Shown here piece by piece: positions 63,336-64,000 of a DNA stretch of 64,000 nucleotides. The position numbers and the translations under genes were made by a program. Source of the DNA: an uncultured delta proteobacterium (GTDB lineage: Bacteria > Desulfobacterota > Desulfobacteria > Desulfobacterales > UBA2156); the NCBI GenBank assembly GCA_963736855.1, contig CAVTQK010000020.1, positions 96,001-160,000 of the forward strand, given 5' to 3'. The notes beneath the pieces are model-generated. The model saw nothing but the letters and a program-made list of their open reading frames with translations, was not told the origin of the DNA and ran no database searches. Positions within the stretch are counted from its first letter, which is position 1; the number at the start of each line of letters is the position of its first letter.

Positions 63336-64000
63336 TCATGGATTCAGCAGATCGCAGATGAAACGGGCGGCTTCCCATGCGCCGTTTTGTTGCAATTGTC
63401 GCTTTTCTCCGGTTCCGATCCATTCTTTAAGCTGAAGGATCCAATCCCCGGCGTAAAAGATGTCCGCCGGGATCCGGCGGCCGGACATTCTTTTTTCGAT
63501 AAAATCCACCAGGACCGAAGACTCGGCAAAATCGGGTCGGGGGATGAAACCGAAGGGGATGCCGGCACTGTAAACTTCGGCCAGGGTACTGTAGCCGGCC
63601 TTTCCGATCACTCCGTCCGAGGCAAAAACCAGGTCCGGATGATAAAGATCGCTTTGCTGGGGCAGCAGCCACACATTATCCTGCCGGCCACCGGCATCGC
63701 TTCCGCCTGCAATGATGAACTGGAAGCCTTCTGCTTCCTTGAGCCTGGAGAGAAAAGACATTTGATCCGGTATTCCGCCCAACGTAATCAGAACCAACGC
63801 TTGTTCGTCGGGAATCCCCAAATGCTTCCGGACGGTTTGCGGGTCTGTCCGGGGTCTCCGGGAAATGGGGGGAAGGGTGAGGCATCCGGTTGCCTTACGG
63901 CAGATCGGTTCCGTTTGAATCCGATGGTCGACCGTGTCGAAAAGAAAGTGCAGGTAATCGATATGCCTTTTGACTTTTTTGGAAAAATCCGGATAACCGG
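63336..64000 (-). CDS. GT-B glycosyltransferase-like protein (5' end outside window)
   Basis: Frame open to window edge; LITLGG, DLVFASDGVIGKAGYSTLAE. Confidence 0.65.
   Translation of the reverse strand, partial: GYPDFSKKVKRHIDYLHFLFDTVDHRIQTEPICRKATGCLTLPPISRRPRTDPQTVRKHLGIPDEQALVLITLGGIPDQMSFLSRLKEAEGFQFIIAGGSDAGGRQDNVWLLPQQSDLYHPDLVFASDGVIGKAGYSTLAEVYSAGIPFGFIPRPDFAESSVLVDFIEKRMSGRRIPADIFYAGDWILQLKEWIGTGEKRQLQQNGAWEAARFICDLLNP

Overview
Chromosomal window from an anaerobic sulfate-reducing bacterium, most likely Desulfobacterota/Desulfobacterales (inferred from a two-Cys DsrC, hdr-flx genes, an ahbA-like gene and UGA-Sec redox proteins). In order: sdhCAB(partial); pqiA-pqiA-pqiB-pqiC; TPR and outer-membrane proteins; mce, aminotransferase, NifU-like, tgt, queA, DUF2065, gatB; an FG-GAP protein and a porin; a ~12.3 kb minus-strand run (class III cyclase, FGE-fold protein, NTT-HEAT-cNMP transporter, GshB-like ligase, peptide ABC transporter) divergent from a degenerate radical SAM-GNAT fusion, a RimK-like ligase and a PP-loop protein; ybaK, YkgJ-like, core methionine synthase, methyltransferase, nitrilase, ahbA-like, yjbQ; dsrC directly downstream of hdrC*-hdrB-hdrA-flxDCBA, where HdrC* is fused to a membrane cytochrome b-like domain with a CxxCH motif and HdrA and FlxD carry UGA at conserved Cys positions; divergent kamA/epmB and epmA; hybrid kinase, MFS, PMM/PGM, uppP, rtcB, archease, two moeA genes and a partial glycosyltransferase-like gene. 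Four short MITE-like elements share terminal inverted repeats, each with its own 6-bp target-site duplication, and three carry a long hairpin that shows covariation. Local clusters of single-base insertions (queA, porin, oppD, YkgJ-like, hdrA/hdrB) look like assembly errors. No rRNA, tRNA, CRISPR array or transposase was recognised. All product calls come from motif recognition by eye; no database searches were run.
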